From assembly GCA_964399085.1 (NCBI GenBank), contig CAYNPN010000004.1:15680-79679 (forward strand): 64,000 nucleotides of DNA, written 5' to 3'. The translations under genes were made by a program, and so were the position numbers. This DNA comes from Candidatus Hadarchaeota archaeon (GTDB lineage: Archaea > Hadarchaeota > Hadarchaeia > Hadarchaeales > JAGGTB01). The notes under the pieces were generated by a model. That model was not told the origin of the DNA and searched no databases. It saw nothing but the letters and a program-made list of their open reading frames with translations. Below are positions 1 to 9,159 of this stretch, piece after piece; within the stretch, counting starts at the first letter, position 1; the number at the start of each line of letters is the position of its first letter.

Positions 1-905
1 CTATAGTAGAAGGTTATATCGACGTTTTCGTACCCTCTGTTGTCGATAGAGGCATGAAGGGTGGGCTTTGGACCCAACAAGTGGCTTTTGTCTTTGTATG
101 TGACATTTCCGGTGGTCACTCGAGCATTTTCAGGGTAAGTGCTGAATGATAGGATCTTACCATTGTCCGATTGTGAGGCTCCTTCAAAGTTATTTTTGGG
201 TAATCTGACACTGGCTTTGAATTCATATTTTGTGTATGCGCTGAGATTTTCTATAGTGTTTTCGTAATCAGAGGAGGTAGTATTTTCCCAGCTAGTTTTA
301 TTGTCAAATGGTTTTTCGACCGGAGCGTTTTCGTAAAAGAACCTTGCTTCGACCTTGTCGTATCCGGCGAGATCTATCGAGGCATGAAGCGTGGCTGAGA
401 TCTTTTTGGTATTTTCGGCATCCTGAGTGGTGACCGAAAGATCGGCGTCAGTTACCTCAAACAGATCCTCTTTTTTCCTTCTTTCCTTGTGATTTTCCTC
501 GTCGATAGCTGTGATTCTTACCTCAGCTTGACCTAGTTTGAATTTATTATCAGGATTGAATACGTAAGAATATGTACTTATATCTCCTCCGTTATCTACC
601 GCTTCGACATCACCTTCCAGGTTATCATATTTCTCCCGAAAATTCTCAGAATTATAAATCCCAATTTCCACGCTTTTTATATTTTTATACCCATTCTCAT
701 CTTGAACTTGGAAAGTTATTTCGACATTGTCCCCCCATGTGTTCACTAAATTATCATCCGCTCCAATGTACGTTATCTCCAGAGTATTATTTTCACTTGC
801 ATTTTCACTTGCAGCTACTGGGGTTGGAGCTATGGATATTAAGCCTAATATTGTGAGAACCGAGATTATTGAGATGAGACCAAAAGTGGAATAATCTTTC
901 CTCAT
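1..905 (-). CDS. Secreted/surface protein with repeated Ig/Fn3-like domains, runs off the window start
   Basis: Hand-translated: ATG at 905 overlaps the ABC ATPase stop (TGATG). [32 protein letters not shown] signal peptide; motif TLHASID..GY..V...F.Y recurs about 110 aa apart. Confidence 0.75.
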   Translation of the reverse strand, partial: MRKDYSTFGLISIISVLTILGLISIAPTPVAASENASENNTLEITYIGADDNLVNTWGDNVEITFQVQDENGYKNIKSVEIGIYNSENFREKYDNLEGDVEAVDNGGDISTYSYVFNPDNKFKLGQAEVRITAIDEENHKERRKKEDLFEVTDADLSVTTQDAENTKKISATLHASIDLAGYDKVEARFFYENAPVEKPFDNKTSWENTTSSDYENTIENLSAYTKYEFKASVRLPKNNFEGASQSDNGKILSFSTYPENARVTTGNVTYKDKSHLLGPKPTLHASIDNRGYENVDITFYY

Positions 906-1672
906 CAAGCTACCTCCTGGGCGATTTTCTCCCTATCGAACTCCGACTTGGAGGCTATTACTTCCCCATCCTTTAATTGGACTGCCCTTTTTGCCCATGC
1001 TGCTATATGATGTTCATGAGTGACCATTACGATTGTTCTGCCCTCCTGATGCAATTCCTCAAATATTTCCATAATACCTTCCCCGGTGTCCGTATCCAGA
1101 TTCCCGGTTGGCTCGTCGGCTAGGATTATGGCAGGATCAGCAATTAATGCACGGGCGATTGCTACCCTTTGCCGCTGCCCACCGCTCAATTCCGTGGGGA
1201 GGTGTTCCAACCTATCTCCTAATCCAACTTCCTCAAGTAATTTTTTTGCTCTTCTTTTTCTTTCATCCCCTCCGACGCTTTGAAAGCTAAGGGGCAATGC
1301 GACGTTTCTCAGGGCGGTCATTCTTGACAGAAGATTGAACTGCTGAAAAACGAAGCCGATCTTCTCTCCCCTTATTTCGGCGAGTTCCGATTCCGATAGT
1401 CCCGAGGTTTTAATTCCTTCGATTTTTACCTCTCCGGAAGTAGGCCTGAGCAGACATCCGATAATATGCATTAGGGTCGACTTTCCGCTTCCACTCGGAC
1501 CGGTGATTGAGGCGAACTCTCCTCGATTGATTGTCAAATCGACATTTTTTAGTGCCTTAACTTTGACTTCTTCGCCGTAGACCTTGCTTACATTTTCGAG
1601 TTCTAGGACTCCTTCTTCTCCCATGCTACTCATTGAATATGTTTTCTGGCTAGGTATAATAGTTTTTGGCAA
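905..1672 (-). CDS. ABC transporter ATP-binding protein (LolD/MacB/SalX-like); true start probably near 1624-1633
   Basis: Walker A GPSGSGKS, signature [15 protein letters not shown], Walker [13 protein letters not shown]-loop VTHE. Confidence 0.93.
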   Translation of the reverse strand: MPKTIIPSQKTYSMSSMGEEGVLELENVSKVYGEEVKVKALKNVDLTINRGEFASITGPSGSGKSTLMHIIGCLLRPTSGEVKIEGIKTSGLSESELAEIRGEKIGFVFQQFNLLSRMTALRNVALPLSFQSVGGDERKRRAKKLLEEVGLGDRLEHLPTELSGGQRQRVAIARALIADPAIILADEPTGNLDTDTGEGIMEIFEELHQEGRTIVMVTHEHHIAAWAKRAVQLKDGEVIASKSEFDREKIAQEVA

Positions 1673-1688
1673 TTGCCAATAATTTTAA

Positions 1689-2162
1689 ATGTTCGCGATT
1701 AGTATTGATATTCGAATCATGCCCCAAGAAGTATGCCTTAATTGTTGGTACTTGTGGAGACCCCGAAGCGATAGTCCCCGAGAATGTCCCAGATGTCATT
1801 CCAGGAAGATTACCACTTTGTCGGATGTGGTCGATGCAGTAGAGGCGGTTAGCCGGTGGCTTGAAAAGGATCCTCTAGTGGAATGCTTCATGGGCGACGA
1901 ACCCGATTTTGATGAATTGGAGCGTAGGTTCAAGGAGAGGGGCCAAAATCCGCTCGATTTGCTCGTTACACCCTTCAGGGCTATGCAGAGCGTGGCCGCT
2001 TTTCAAAAGGTCGTGGAAAACGCTCCCTTTTCTCCTAAAAAGAGGATGGACGCTAGGGAGATCATACTCGAAATTGCCGGAGAGTACCAGGAGAGGGGGG
2101 ATGAGAGGAGAATTGGTGATTTCGTCGAGAGATACATCGAAGAGATGAATGAGGAAGAATGA
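1689..2162 (+). CDS. Hypothetical protein with N-terminal Zn ribbon; probable start 1719
   Basis: CLNC-x13-CPRC motif, acidic C-terminus. Confidence 0.65.
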   Translation: MFAISIDIRIMPQEVCLNCWYLWRPRSDSPRECPRCHSRKITTLSDVVDAVEAVSRWLEKDPLVECFMGDEPDFDELERRFKERGQNPLDLLVTPFRAMQSVAAFQKVVENAPFSPKKRMDAREIILEIAGEYQERGDERRIGDFVERYIEEMNEEE

Positions 2163-2262
2163 TTCTCATTTCTTACTTGCCATGAGATATATCCGGATTT
2201 TTGTAAATTCAAAGAGGAAAACTTAAAAGTTAGAGATATTGGATGATGAATGAGGTTTAAAG

Positions 2263-3420
2263 ATGAGAGAAGTTGCAATCGTAGGCCAAGGAATGAGTAA
2301 ATTTGGAGCCAGAGAGAATGCTTCAGGCAGGGAACTAGCTTTTGAGGCTTTTGAGGAAACAATGGAAGATGTAGATGCCACACGCGATGATATAGATTCG
2401 ATGGTCACTGCTTTCGGCGTTGATGAAACAAATCATTCGACTCAACCTTCATCCGAAGTTATTACTTACTTGGGCTTGAATCCCAAAGCCGATTTTAGGA
2501 CCGAGGCAGCCTGTGCCAGTGGCAGTGCAGCCGTCAGGAGCGGATATATGACAATAGCTTCGGGCCTAGCTGATGTAGTCCTTGTAACGGGAGTGGAGAA
2601 GTTAAACGAATTTCCGACACCCCACACGACCGAAGTCTTTGGAAAGGCCGGAGACACGATTTGGGAGTATCCTTACGGCACGACCTTTCCCGGTTATTAC
2701 GCCATGATGGCTACTGCTCATATGTCTAAGTACGGAACCACCCGAGAGCAACTTTCCGAGGTGGCGGTTAAGAACCATAAATATGCAACTATGAATAAGT
2801 ACGCTCACATGCCGAAGGAGATTTCGCTCGAGGATGCCGTCTCCGCTAACACCGTTGCCTACCCTCTTAATCTTTACGATTGCAGCCTAATCACCGACGG
2901 AGCGGCCTCGGTTCTGCTCGCTTCCGAAGAGAAGGCAAAGGAAATGACAGATACGCCCGTCTGGATTACCGGACTTGGTGGTGGGACTTCGACTTCTACT
3001 CAATTTACAAGGTCCGAACATACCTCCATTCGGGGAGCCAGAGTTGCCGCCGACAAAGCCTACAAAATGTCGGGTAGGGATCCAGAGGAAATCGATGTCG
3101 CGACAGTCCATGATTGCTTTACAATCGCCGAAATTATCGCCTACGAAGATCTCGGTTTCTGTGAGAAAGGCGAGGGAGGAGAGTTAGTCGAGGAAGGGGA
3201 AACCTATGCCGATGGAAAAATCCCGGTCAATCTGGATGGAGGTCTGAAGGCCAAAGGGCATCCAATCGGTGCGACGGGAGTATCCATGAGCGTCGAGATA
3301 GCGAAGCAGCTTCGAGGAGAAGCCGGAGAGAGGCAGGCAGAGGGTGCGGAGGTAGGCCTGACACATAATGTAGGAGGAAACGGACAGCACGTATTCGTTC
3401 ACATTTACGAGAGGAAATGA
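2263..3420 (+). CDS. Thiolase (archaeal acetyl-CoA C-acetyltransferase type)
   Basis: EAACASG catalytic Cys, HDCF, GHPIGATG; followed by a DUF35 gene. Confidence 0.93.
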   Translation: MREVAIVGQGMSKFGARENASGRELAFEAFEETMEDVDATRDDIDSMVTAFGVDETNHSTQPSSEVITYLGLNPKADFRTEAACASGSAAVRSGYMTIASGLADVVLVTGVEKLNEFPTPHTTEVFGKAGDTIWEYPYGTTFPGYYAMMATAHMSKYGTTREQLSEVAVKNHKYATMNKYAHMPKEISLEDAVSANTVAYPLNLYDCSLITDGAASVLLASEEKAKEMTDTPVWITGLGGGTSTSTQFTRSEHTSIRGARVAADKAYKMSGRDPEEIDVATVHDCFTIAEIIAYEDLGFCEKGEGGELVEEGETYADGKIPVNLDGGLKAKGHPIGATGVSMSVEIAKQLRGEAGERQAEGAEVGLTHNVGGNGQHVFVHIYERK

Positions 3421-3424
3421 TAGT

Positions 3425-3973
3425 ATGGGATTTGAACAATATACACTCGGGTTATCTCACTCCAAGATTGGTGATAAATTCATAGAATATCTGGATGAAG
3501 GAGTGATTCCGGCCACGAAATGCAGTGAATGCGGAGAGAAGTTCTTCCCACCTAAGGCAGACTGTGAAAAATGTATGAGTTCGGATATGGAATGGATGGG
3601 ACTGGATGTTACTACGGGGGAACTCCTAGCTTTTACGAAGATATATGTCCCTGGAGAGCACTTCTCCAATTTTAATACCCTCTCCCCCGAAGGATATAAA
3701 CCGATTCCTATTGGGATTCTCAGGTTGGAGGAAGAGGAAGTGAATCTGATGGGGTGGATTCCGGATCTCGATGAATCCGATATTGAGGTAGGAATGGAAT
3801 TGGAAGCGGAGGCCAAAAAGGTCGATGCCGAGAGGCTTACACTCCCTTTAGTGAGAAAATTGAATATCACTCCAGACCTAGACACCGACAATTTAGAGAT
3901 GGAGATCCCGGATGATCTTGACGAGGATAAAATTCCATCGGATTACTATACTATTGTTCTAGAAAAGCCTTAG
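3425..3973 (+). CDS. DUF35 Zn-ribbon/OB-fold thiolase partner with acidic C-terminal extension
   Basis: CSECG..FFPPKADCEKC, IEVGMELE; 4 nt downstream of the thiolase. Confidence 0.88.
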   Translation: MGFEQYTLGLSHSKIGDKFIEYLDEGVIPATKCSECGEKFFPPKADCEKCMSSDMEWMGLDVTTGELLAFTKIYVPGEHFSNFNTLSPEGYKPIPIGILRLEEEEVNLMGWIPDLDESDIEVGMELEAEAKKVDAERLTLPLVRKLNITPDLDTDNLEMEIPDDLDEDKIPSDYYTIVLEKP

Positions 3974-4109
3974 ATTTTAGCGGAAGTCCCTCTTTGGTAA
4001 TTCTTTTTCAGGGATATTTTGGAGGAAGGTTTCTAGTTAGATAGCCTGATTTGATAACTTTTGCAAAAGATAATATTGAAAACTTGAATACTTTCTAAAG
4101 GGTGTTTTA

Positions 4110-4841
4110 GTGGGTAGTTTCATAGAGAAGCTGGACAGGGTCCTCTTCCCATTTCTCGGTTTCCGATGGATTTGGATTTCAATTCTAACTTTCTGTGTTC
4201 CGAGTCTTCTAATTCATATCTTCCTATGGCCATCATCCAATATTTTACTCTCCTTATCTGCGAACAATCCTTTGGGTATTTTCACCGCACCCTTCGTTCA
4301 CAAAGATTTAACTCATTTCATTAACAATCTCACACTTTTTTTGTCGTTCACCTTCTTTTTCGTGACCGCGAATCTGTCCAGGGAATTTGAGAGGAGGAGA
4401 TATATATCAAGGGTCTTCTTCGGAATTGTTTTCCTTTCGGGGACATTTATTTCCGGCCCAGCGGAGTTGATTTATCGGAACTTTGTCGGCGAGGCGGTCA
4501 GAGTAATGGGATCTTCGGGCATAGTCTACGCTGCGTTGGGTGTTCTCCTTATTTCTTGCTTGATTAAATTGTTCTTCAGACACGGTCAGCGGGTGAAGGA
4601 GCTTCTCAGCGACGAATTGTCTCCAGCAAGGCCCGGTGGGAGGTTGTTATTTTACGTCGATTTTTCCTTTAATTTGGCTATTGTCTGCGTGGTAATCTTA
4701 TGGGTCTTCAGCCCCGATTTTCTGGGTGTCGGATCGAATATAGGAAAGGTCGCCCACGCGTCCGGGTTTTTGGCCGGCTTTGGTGCTTCGTTTTTCCTAT
4801 TTTTGGATTTTTCCAAACTCAAAGATTTAGCTGAAGACTAG
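4110..4841 (+). CDS. Rhomboid-family intramembrane serine protease
   Basis: H-x4-H-x2-N (HKDLTHFINN), GSSG catalytic Ser, AHASG catalytic His, multiple TM helices. Confidence 0.85.
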   Translation: MGSFIEKLDRVLFPFLGFRWIWISILTFCVPSLLIHIFLWPSSNILLSLSANNPLGIFTAPFVHKDLTHFINNLTLFLSFTFFFVTANLSREFERRRYISRVFFGIVFLSGTFISGPAELIYRNFVGEAVRVMGSSGIVYAALGVLLISCLIKLFFRHGQRVKELLSDELSPARPGGRLLFYVDFSFNLAIVCVVILWVFSPDFLGVGSNIGKVAHASGFLAGFGASFFLFLDFSKLKDLAED

Positions 4842-4903
4842 CTTGGAGACTAGAAAGTAAATAAGCGATTCTATGCAGATGATGCTATCGGAGAAATCCG
4901 TTC

Positions 4904-5023
4904 TTATCCTCGCCAGGATACTCTGAAGCAACCGCCTTCTAATTCTCCACAATCCGAACAACTGGATGTGCAGTGTTCTCCGATTTCTCTACCAAATCGT
5001 TCCGACCATTCTACGTTTCCCAT
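4904..5023 (-). CDS. Putative 39-aa Cys-rich small protein
   Basis: MGNVEWSERFGREIGEHCTSSCSDCGELEGGCFRVSWRG*, with a GGAGGT purine tract upstream. Confidence 0.45.
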   Translation of the reverse strand: MGNVEWSERFGREIGEHCTSSCSDCGELEGGCFRVSWRG

Positions 5024-5338
5024 TTTTTACCACTCTACCTCCAGGTATGTACTTCCCCTTTAGTTAAAAGTCTTTCGATTAAATTTAACTCTTATACAAT
5101 TTTTTGGACAATAAATTTAACATTTTGTTAATTGATATTTCGGGAAGAGATAATTTTTGCTTTTTTAACCTTGACATGCGATGTTACATTCCTCTTGGAG
5201 ATGTTGTCAATGGTCAAGAAGGGAGAGTGTAATGGCTCTTACTCCACCCCTATTTTTTGAGTTGTTGTATATATAACAAATAAGTAATAATAAATAATAA
5301 AGACTAAAAGTAATCCAAATTCGAGATGAGGAGTACAT

Positions 5339-5770
5339 ATGACTCAGAATGAAAAAGGCATTGGAACCTTGGGTATAATTGTAGTGGTAGTTCTGACAGT
5401 TCTAGGGGTAGCCGGGGCCATTTTTATTCTCGGAAACGATAGCCCGACCTCTAGAAAAGTAAATAGCAACCCAGTGGAGGAAGATTATAAACTAGATGGG
5501 GAAATCCAAACTTCTTCCGGAGAAACCTATCTTTCGACAACTTTCGAGGGTCCCGAGGATTCCTATAATGTCAAGCTTCTGAATCCCGAGGGCGTTAAGA
5601 CCGATGAAGAGGACATTCCGGAAAGCGATATGAGCGATGGAAAGGAAACAATTGAGCTTTCTATAACGTCCCAGGAGGATTCCCCTTCCGAAGGGACCTA
5701 CACAGTCCAAGTCTTCAAGAACGGTGAGTTAGTTTTTTCAAAAGACTTCGAGGTCACAATAACAAGCTGA
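5339..5770 (+). CDS. Membrane-anchored/pilin-like protein with probable class III signal peptide
   Basis: MTQNEKG|IGTLGIIVVVVLTVLGVAGA; GAGGAG RBS; acidic beta-rich domain. Confidence 0.7.
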   Translation: MTQNEKGIGTLGIIVVVVLTVLGVAGAIFILGNDSPTSRKVNSNPVEEDYKLDGEIQTSSGETYLSTTFEGPEDSYNVKLLNPEGVKTDEEDIPESDMSDGKETIELSITSQEDSPSEGTYTVQVFKNGELVFSKDFEVTITS

Positions 5771-5944
5771 TTTATCGAAAGTCGCTCGACTTCCCCGGAT
5801 GATTATGAGGTGCCGGATTTGAGAGCCTCTTATGCAACTTTGAGATTCAATACAGGGAGCTATAGCCTCTTGACAATTTTCTTTTAGAATTCATTTTCAG
5901 CCCGGCGATTTCTCGCAACTGTAGTTGAGGGAAATAAAAAGAGG

Positions 5945-6046
5945 CGCCCCGGCCGGGATTCGAACCCGGGTCATGGCCTCGACAGGGCCACATGATTGGC
6001 CCCACCAGTCTGTCGGCTGGTGGCTAAGCCCCTACACTACCGGGGC
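5945..6046 (-). tRNA. tRNA-Asp(GTC) with 29-nt intron at position 21/22 (intron 5996-6024)
   Basis: Acceptor GCCCCGG/CCGGGGC, anticodon arm TGGCC-CTGTCGA-GGCCA, T arm CCGGG-TTCGAAT-CCCGG; removing the BHB-bounded insert gives 73 nt. Confidence 0.93.
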
Positions 6047-6135
6047 ACCAGTTTTAGAGATAGTAGAGGTTCTTAATAGGTTTTTTAGAATTCCATTATA
6101 AGTTCCGTGCTTTTGTCTTTGAAATGGGAGTAAAA

Positions 6136-6258
6136 GGCTGGCAGCGTCCCGGGTCTCCCCTGAGCTCTCGCACCAGAGTACCTCCCGGATCGCTGGCGGG
6201 CTTAACTTCCGGGTTCGGAACGGGTCCGGGTGTAACCCCGCCGCTGTGGCCGCCAGCC
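6136..6258 (-). rRNA. rrf: 5S rRNA
   Basis: 123 nt, terminal helix GGCTGGCGGC/GCTGCCAGCC, conserved CCCGTTCCGAACCCGGAAGTTAAGC. Confidence 0.95.
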
Positions 6259-6299
6259 AACAGTATTGATGGGGAGCTCAGTTAAAAGTTTAAAGTGAA

Positions 6300-6400
6300 T
6301 CCCGCGGGCCCGACTTGAACGGGCAACCGGTCGGTCTTTGGCCCATACGTCGAATCGACGCATGTACAGCCGACCGCTCTGCCAATTGAGCTACCGCGGG
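6300..6400 (-). tRNA. tRNA-Tyr(GTA) with 28-nt intron within the anticodon (35/36; intron 6338-6365)
   Basis: Acceptor CCCGCGG/CCGCGGG, D arm GCTC/GAGC, T arm GCCCG-TTCAAGT-CGGGC; the spliced anticodon arm reads GTCGG-CTGTAGA-CCGAC, 73 nt total. Confidence 0.92.
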
Positions 6401-6491
6401 ACTAGTATTTTCTCCGGCTGTATTCTCTTTTAATATTTGGGTGGGTAGAAAAAATTAACCTTTGTTCCGGATAAATACTCATGTGGGAAAA

Positions 6492-7619
6492 ATGAAGAGG
6501 GCCGGAGCTAGCAAGCTTCCACTCCACGGAGGAAAGGCACCACCCTGGCTAGTCGACAGGATGAAGAAGCTCGCAGAGCCCATCGTCAAGATAATTGTGA
6601 GGGAGTACGGCCGCGACGAGTTCCTGAGGAGGCTCTCCGACCCCTACTGGTTCCAGTCGCTGGGCTGCGTCCTAGGCTTCGATTGGCATTCATCGGGCCT
6701 GACCACCGTGACTACGGGAGTACTGAAGGACGCAATCGACCCGGAGGAGATAGGAATCTCCGTCGCCGGCGGGAAGGGCAAGGCCTCGACGAAGGCGCCG
6801 GACGAGATAGGGGAATTTTCCGAGAAGATGGGGCTGACTTACGGCGAGACCAGGGACCTGACCCGTGCCAGCAAGCTCAGCGCGAAGGTGGACAACGTGG
6901 CGATTCAGGCCGGAGCACCCCTCTACCATCATGCCTTCTTCGCCTCCGAGGACGGAGAGTGGACCGTCGTCCAGCAGGGACTCGATTCCGAGGAGGGGGT
7001 CGCCAGGAGGTACCACTGGGTCTCCGAGGGAGTGCATGGCTTCGTGAACGAGCCCCACGAGGCCATTCTGGCCGAGGAGAAGAGGGATTCCGTCCTCGAC
7101 ATGACGGCCGAGGCCAGCGGAGCCTGCCGAAAGGCCTCCACGGATTTGGTCAAGGACGACCCTCAGCACATCCAGAGGGAGTTTGAATCGCTGCTTCCCG
7201 AGGAGCAGAAGAGTCTTCTGGACTGGGTGCCCGGGGAGAAGAGGAAGTGCCGTTCGATTAAGTACCTCTCCATGCCTAAGCGAATGAACTGGTCCGCGTT
7301 GGAAAAGGCTTACGAGGTGCAGCCCGATAACTACGAGGAGCTGATAGAGATAGAGGGGATCGGTCCCGCCACCGCCAGAGGCCTCTCGATGGTTTCCGAG
7401 ATTATTTACGGGGAGCCGGCCAGCTTCGAGGATCCGGCAAAATTCTCCTACGCGTTCGGAGGTAAGGACGGGGTCCCATATCCTGTCAACAAAGGTGCTA
7501 TGGACAAGGCCTACAAGACCCTGAAGTCGGCCATCGAAGAGGCGGAGATTGGAAAGAAGGAGAAGTTGAAGGCTATCGAGAGGCTGGAGGATTTCTCCGG
7601 CCATGAAGAGAAAGAATAG
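6492..7619 (+). CDS. DUF763 family protein
   Basis: LPLHGGKAPPWL, GFDWHSSGLTT, SYAFGGKDGVPYPV motifs; ATG at 6492 preferred over TTG at 6462. Confidence 0.9.
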   Translation: MKRAGASKLPLHGGKAPPWLVDRMKKLAEPIVKIIVREYGRDEFLRRLSDPYWFQSLGCVLGFDWHSSGLTTVTTGVLKDAIDPEEIGISVAGGKGKASTKAPDEIGEFSEKMGLTYGETRDLTRASKLSAKVDNVAIQAGAPLYHHAFFASEDGEWTVVQQGLDSEEGVARRYHWVSEGVHGFVNEPHEAILAEEKRDSVLDMTAEASGACRKASTDLVKDDPQHIQREFESLLPEEQKSLLDWVPGEKRKCRSIKYLSMPKRMNWSALEKAYEVQPDNYEELIEIEGIGPATARGLSMVSEIIYGEPASFEDPAKFSYAFGGKDGVPYPVNKGAMDKAYKTLKSAIEEAEIGKKEKLKAIERLEDFSGHEEKE

Positions 7620-7666
7620 TATTTACCGGTAAGAATAGCCTCTAATTTTTTGCCTAATGTTTTTGG

Positions 7667-7737
7667 AGTTCGCACCCCTGCGAACTATTTTCCCCATAAA
7701 AGCCCCTTTCGCCCAATGAGTTCGCGGGGGAGCGAAC
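7667..7737. repeat. Two GTTCGC-N6-GCGAAC palindromic boxes in inverted arrangement
   Basis: AGTTCGCACCCCTGCGAACT (7667-7686) and GTTCGCGGGGGAGCGAAC (7720-7737) between convergent genes. Confidence 0.6.
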
Positions 7738-7814
7738 AAAAACGACATTTGACTGATTTTCCGAATTCATAAGCAGGCGCGGCCGGATGAAGTTGCTAGA
7801 GATTAGAATGATTC

Positions 7815-8252
7815 TTACAATTGAAACCTTACAACGAACTTATTTTCAATTTGATTTTCCCATGGTCTTATATAGTGCATGACAAATTTTCCGCTCTTCG
7901 TAATTTTGAATTTTAACTTCCTCAGTCCTCCCCCTCCAGGCACATTTTCAGAATTGATGTATTCGTTTTCTAACAGATTCATTGAGTTCTTTCCCTCAGC
8001 TATCTTCCACCTGTATCCAGTGGAGGGGTTCTCTGGAAGCTCAACAAAAATTTCGGTCTCATCGGTCACTTGAAAAGTTTTGCCGTTGTCCTCGGGACCC
8101 AGAGTGACCTGCTCCAGATTCTTTTCGCTGTCGCTTTTGAGTAAAATCCAGGACCCCAGAATAACGATGATTAGGACGATTACGACAGCCAGAATTTTTT
8201 TTCCCGATTTATCAAATAAATTCAAAGTTCTTAAACACCTGAAAGACTTCAA
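7815..8252 (-). CDS. Chagasin (I42) cysteine-protease-inhibitor family protein with N-terminal TM anchor
   Basis: LPENPSTGYRW, PGGGG, YIRPWE motifs. Confidence 0.85.
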   Translation of the reverse strand: MKSFRCLRTLNLFDKSGKKILAVVIVLIIVILGSWILLKSDSEKNLEQVTLGPEDNGKTFQVTDETEIFVELPENPSTGYRWKIAEGKNSMNLLENEYINSENVPGGGGLRKLKFKITKSGKFVMHYIRPWENQIENKFVVRFQL

Positions 8253-8307
8253 TTATAATTCTTTACCATCTCTTGAGTTAAAGGAGATATTCTTTTTACA
8301 AATTTTC

Positions 8308-9159
8308 TCACTCGGATATATCCAACTTTATGTCCAGTGCTGGGGCTTGCATGGTCATATAGCTCGACGATATGATGTCCACCCCCGTGGCCGCGTACTT
8401 CCTCACGTTGGACAAGTCTATCCCACCCGAGGATTCGATGGTAAGGCCGTCCCGTAGGCCCTCCCCCTCTATGGCCTCGATGGCTTCCCTTGCCTCCTCC
8501 ACCCCGAAATTGTCAAGCATGACGATGTCGGCCCCGGCTTCGGCCGCGGAAATGGCCTCTTCCTTGCTGGTCACCTCGACCTCCACCTTGTCCGAAAGAT
8601 CGGCTTCTCTGGCCCTCTTCACGGCCTCCGAAACAGATCCGTCGAGCTTCAGATGATTGTCCTTTATCAGAACGAAATCTCCGAGATGGTACCTATGCGG
8701 TTCCCCTCCCACTACCTTTACGGCCCTCTTGTCGAATTTCCTCATCAGAGGCACTGTCTTCCTCGTCGCGGCAATCTTGACGTCCGGATTTACTTCCTCG
8801 GCCTTTTCCATCATTTCCTTGGTGGCGGTCGCTATCCCGCTCATTCTCGATATAAGATTTAGCGCGACCCTCTCGGCGGCAAGTATTCCATGTGCGACCC
8901 CGATTACTTCGGCCAGAACGTCGCCACTATCGACTTTTTCTCCATCGGATACCCTGCTCCTCATGTCGACGTCCAGTTCCTCGAAGATAAGTAAGGTTTC
9001 CGGAATGCCTGCAACATAACCACTTTCCCCGGCGATAATTTCGCCCTCGGTTTCGACATCCTCGTCTATCACCGATTCCGTGGTGACGTCCCCCATGCCG
9101 AGGTCTTCCTCGATCATCCTTCTGATATCCGCTCTTACTTCCGAATCCATAATCGGCAC
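8308..9159 (-). CDS. nadC: Nicotinate-nucleotide diphosphorylase (quinolinate phosphoribosyltransferase)
   Basis: ATRKT, LIKDNH, EVEV, MLDN, SSGGI motifs; adjacent to nadA. Confidence 0.95.
   Translation of the reverse strand: MPIMDSEVRADIRRMIEEDLGMGDVTTESVIDEDVETEGEIIAGESGYVAGIPETLLIFEELDVDMRSRVSDGEKVDSGDVLAEVIGVAHGILAAERVALNLISRMSGIATATKEMMEKAEEVNPDVKIAATRKTVPLMRKFDKRAVKVVGGEPHRYHLGDFVLIKDNHLKLDGSVSEAVKRAREADLSDKVEVEVTSKEEAISAAEAGADIVMLDNFGVEEAREAIEAIEGEGLRDGLTIESSGGIDLSNVRKYAATGVDIISSSYMTMQAPALDIKLDISE

Noticed and set aside
6683..7604. Long overlapping ORFs (167 aa +, 304 aa -) over DUF763
   Set aside because: Shadow ORFs from GC-rich codon usage; no motifs.
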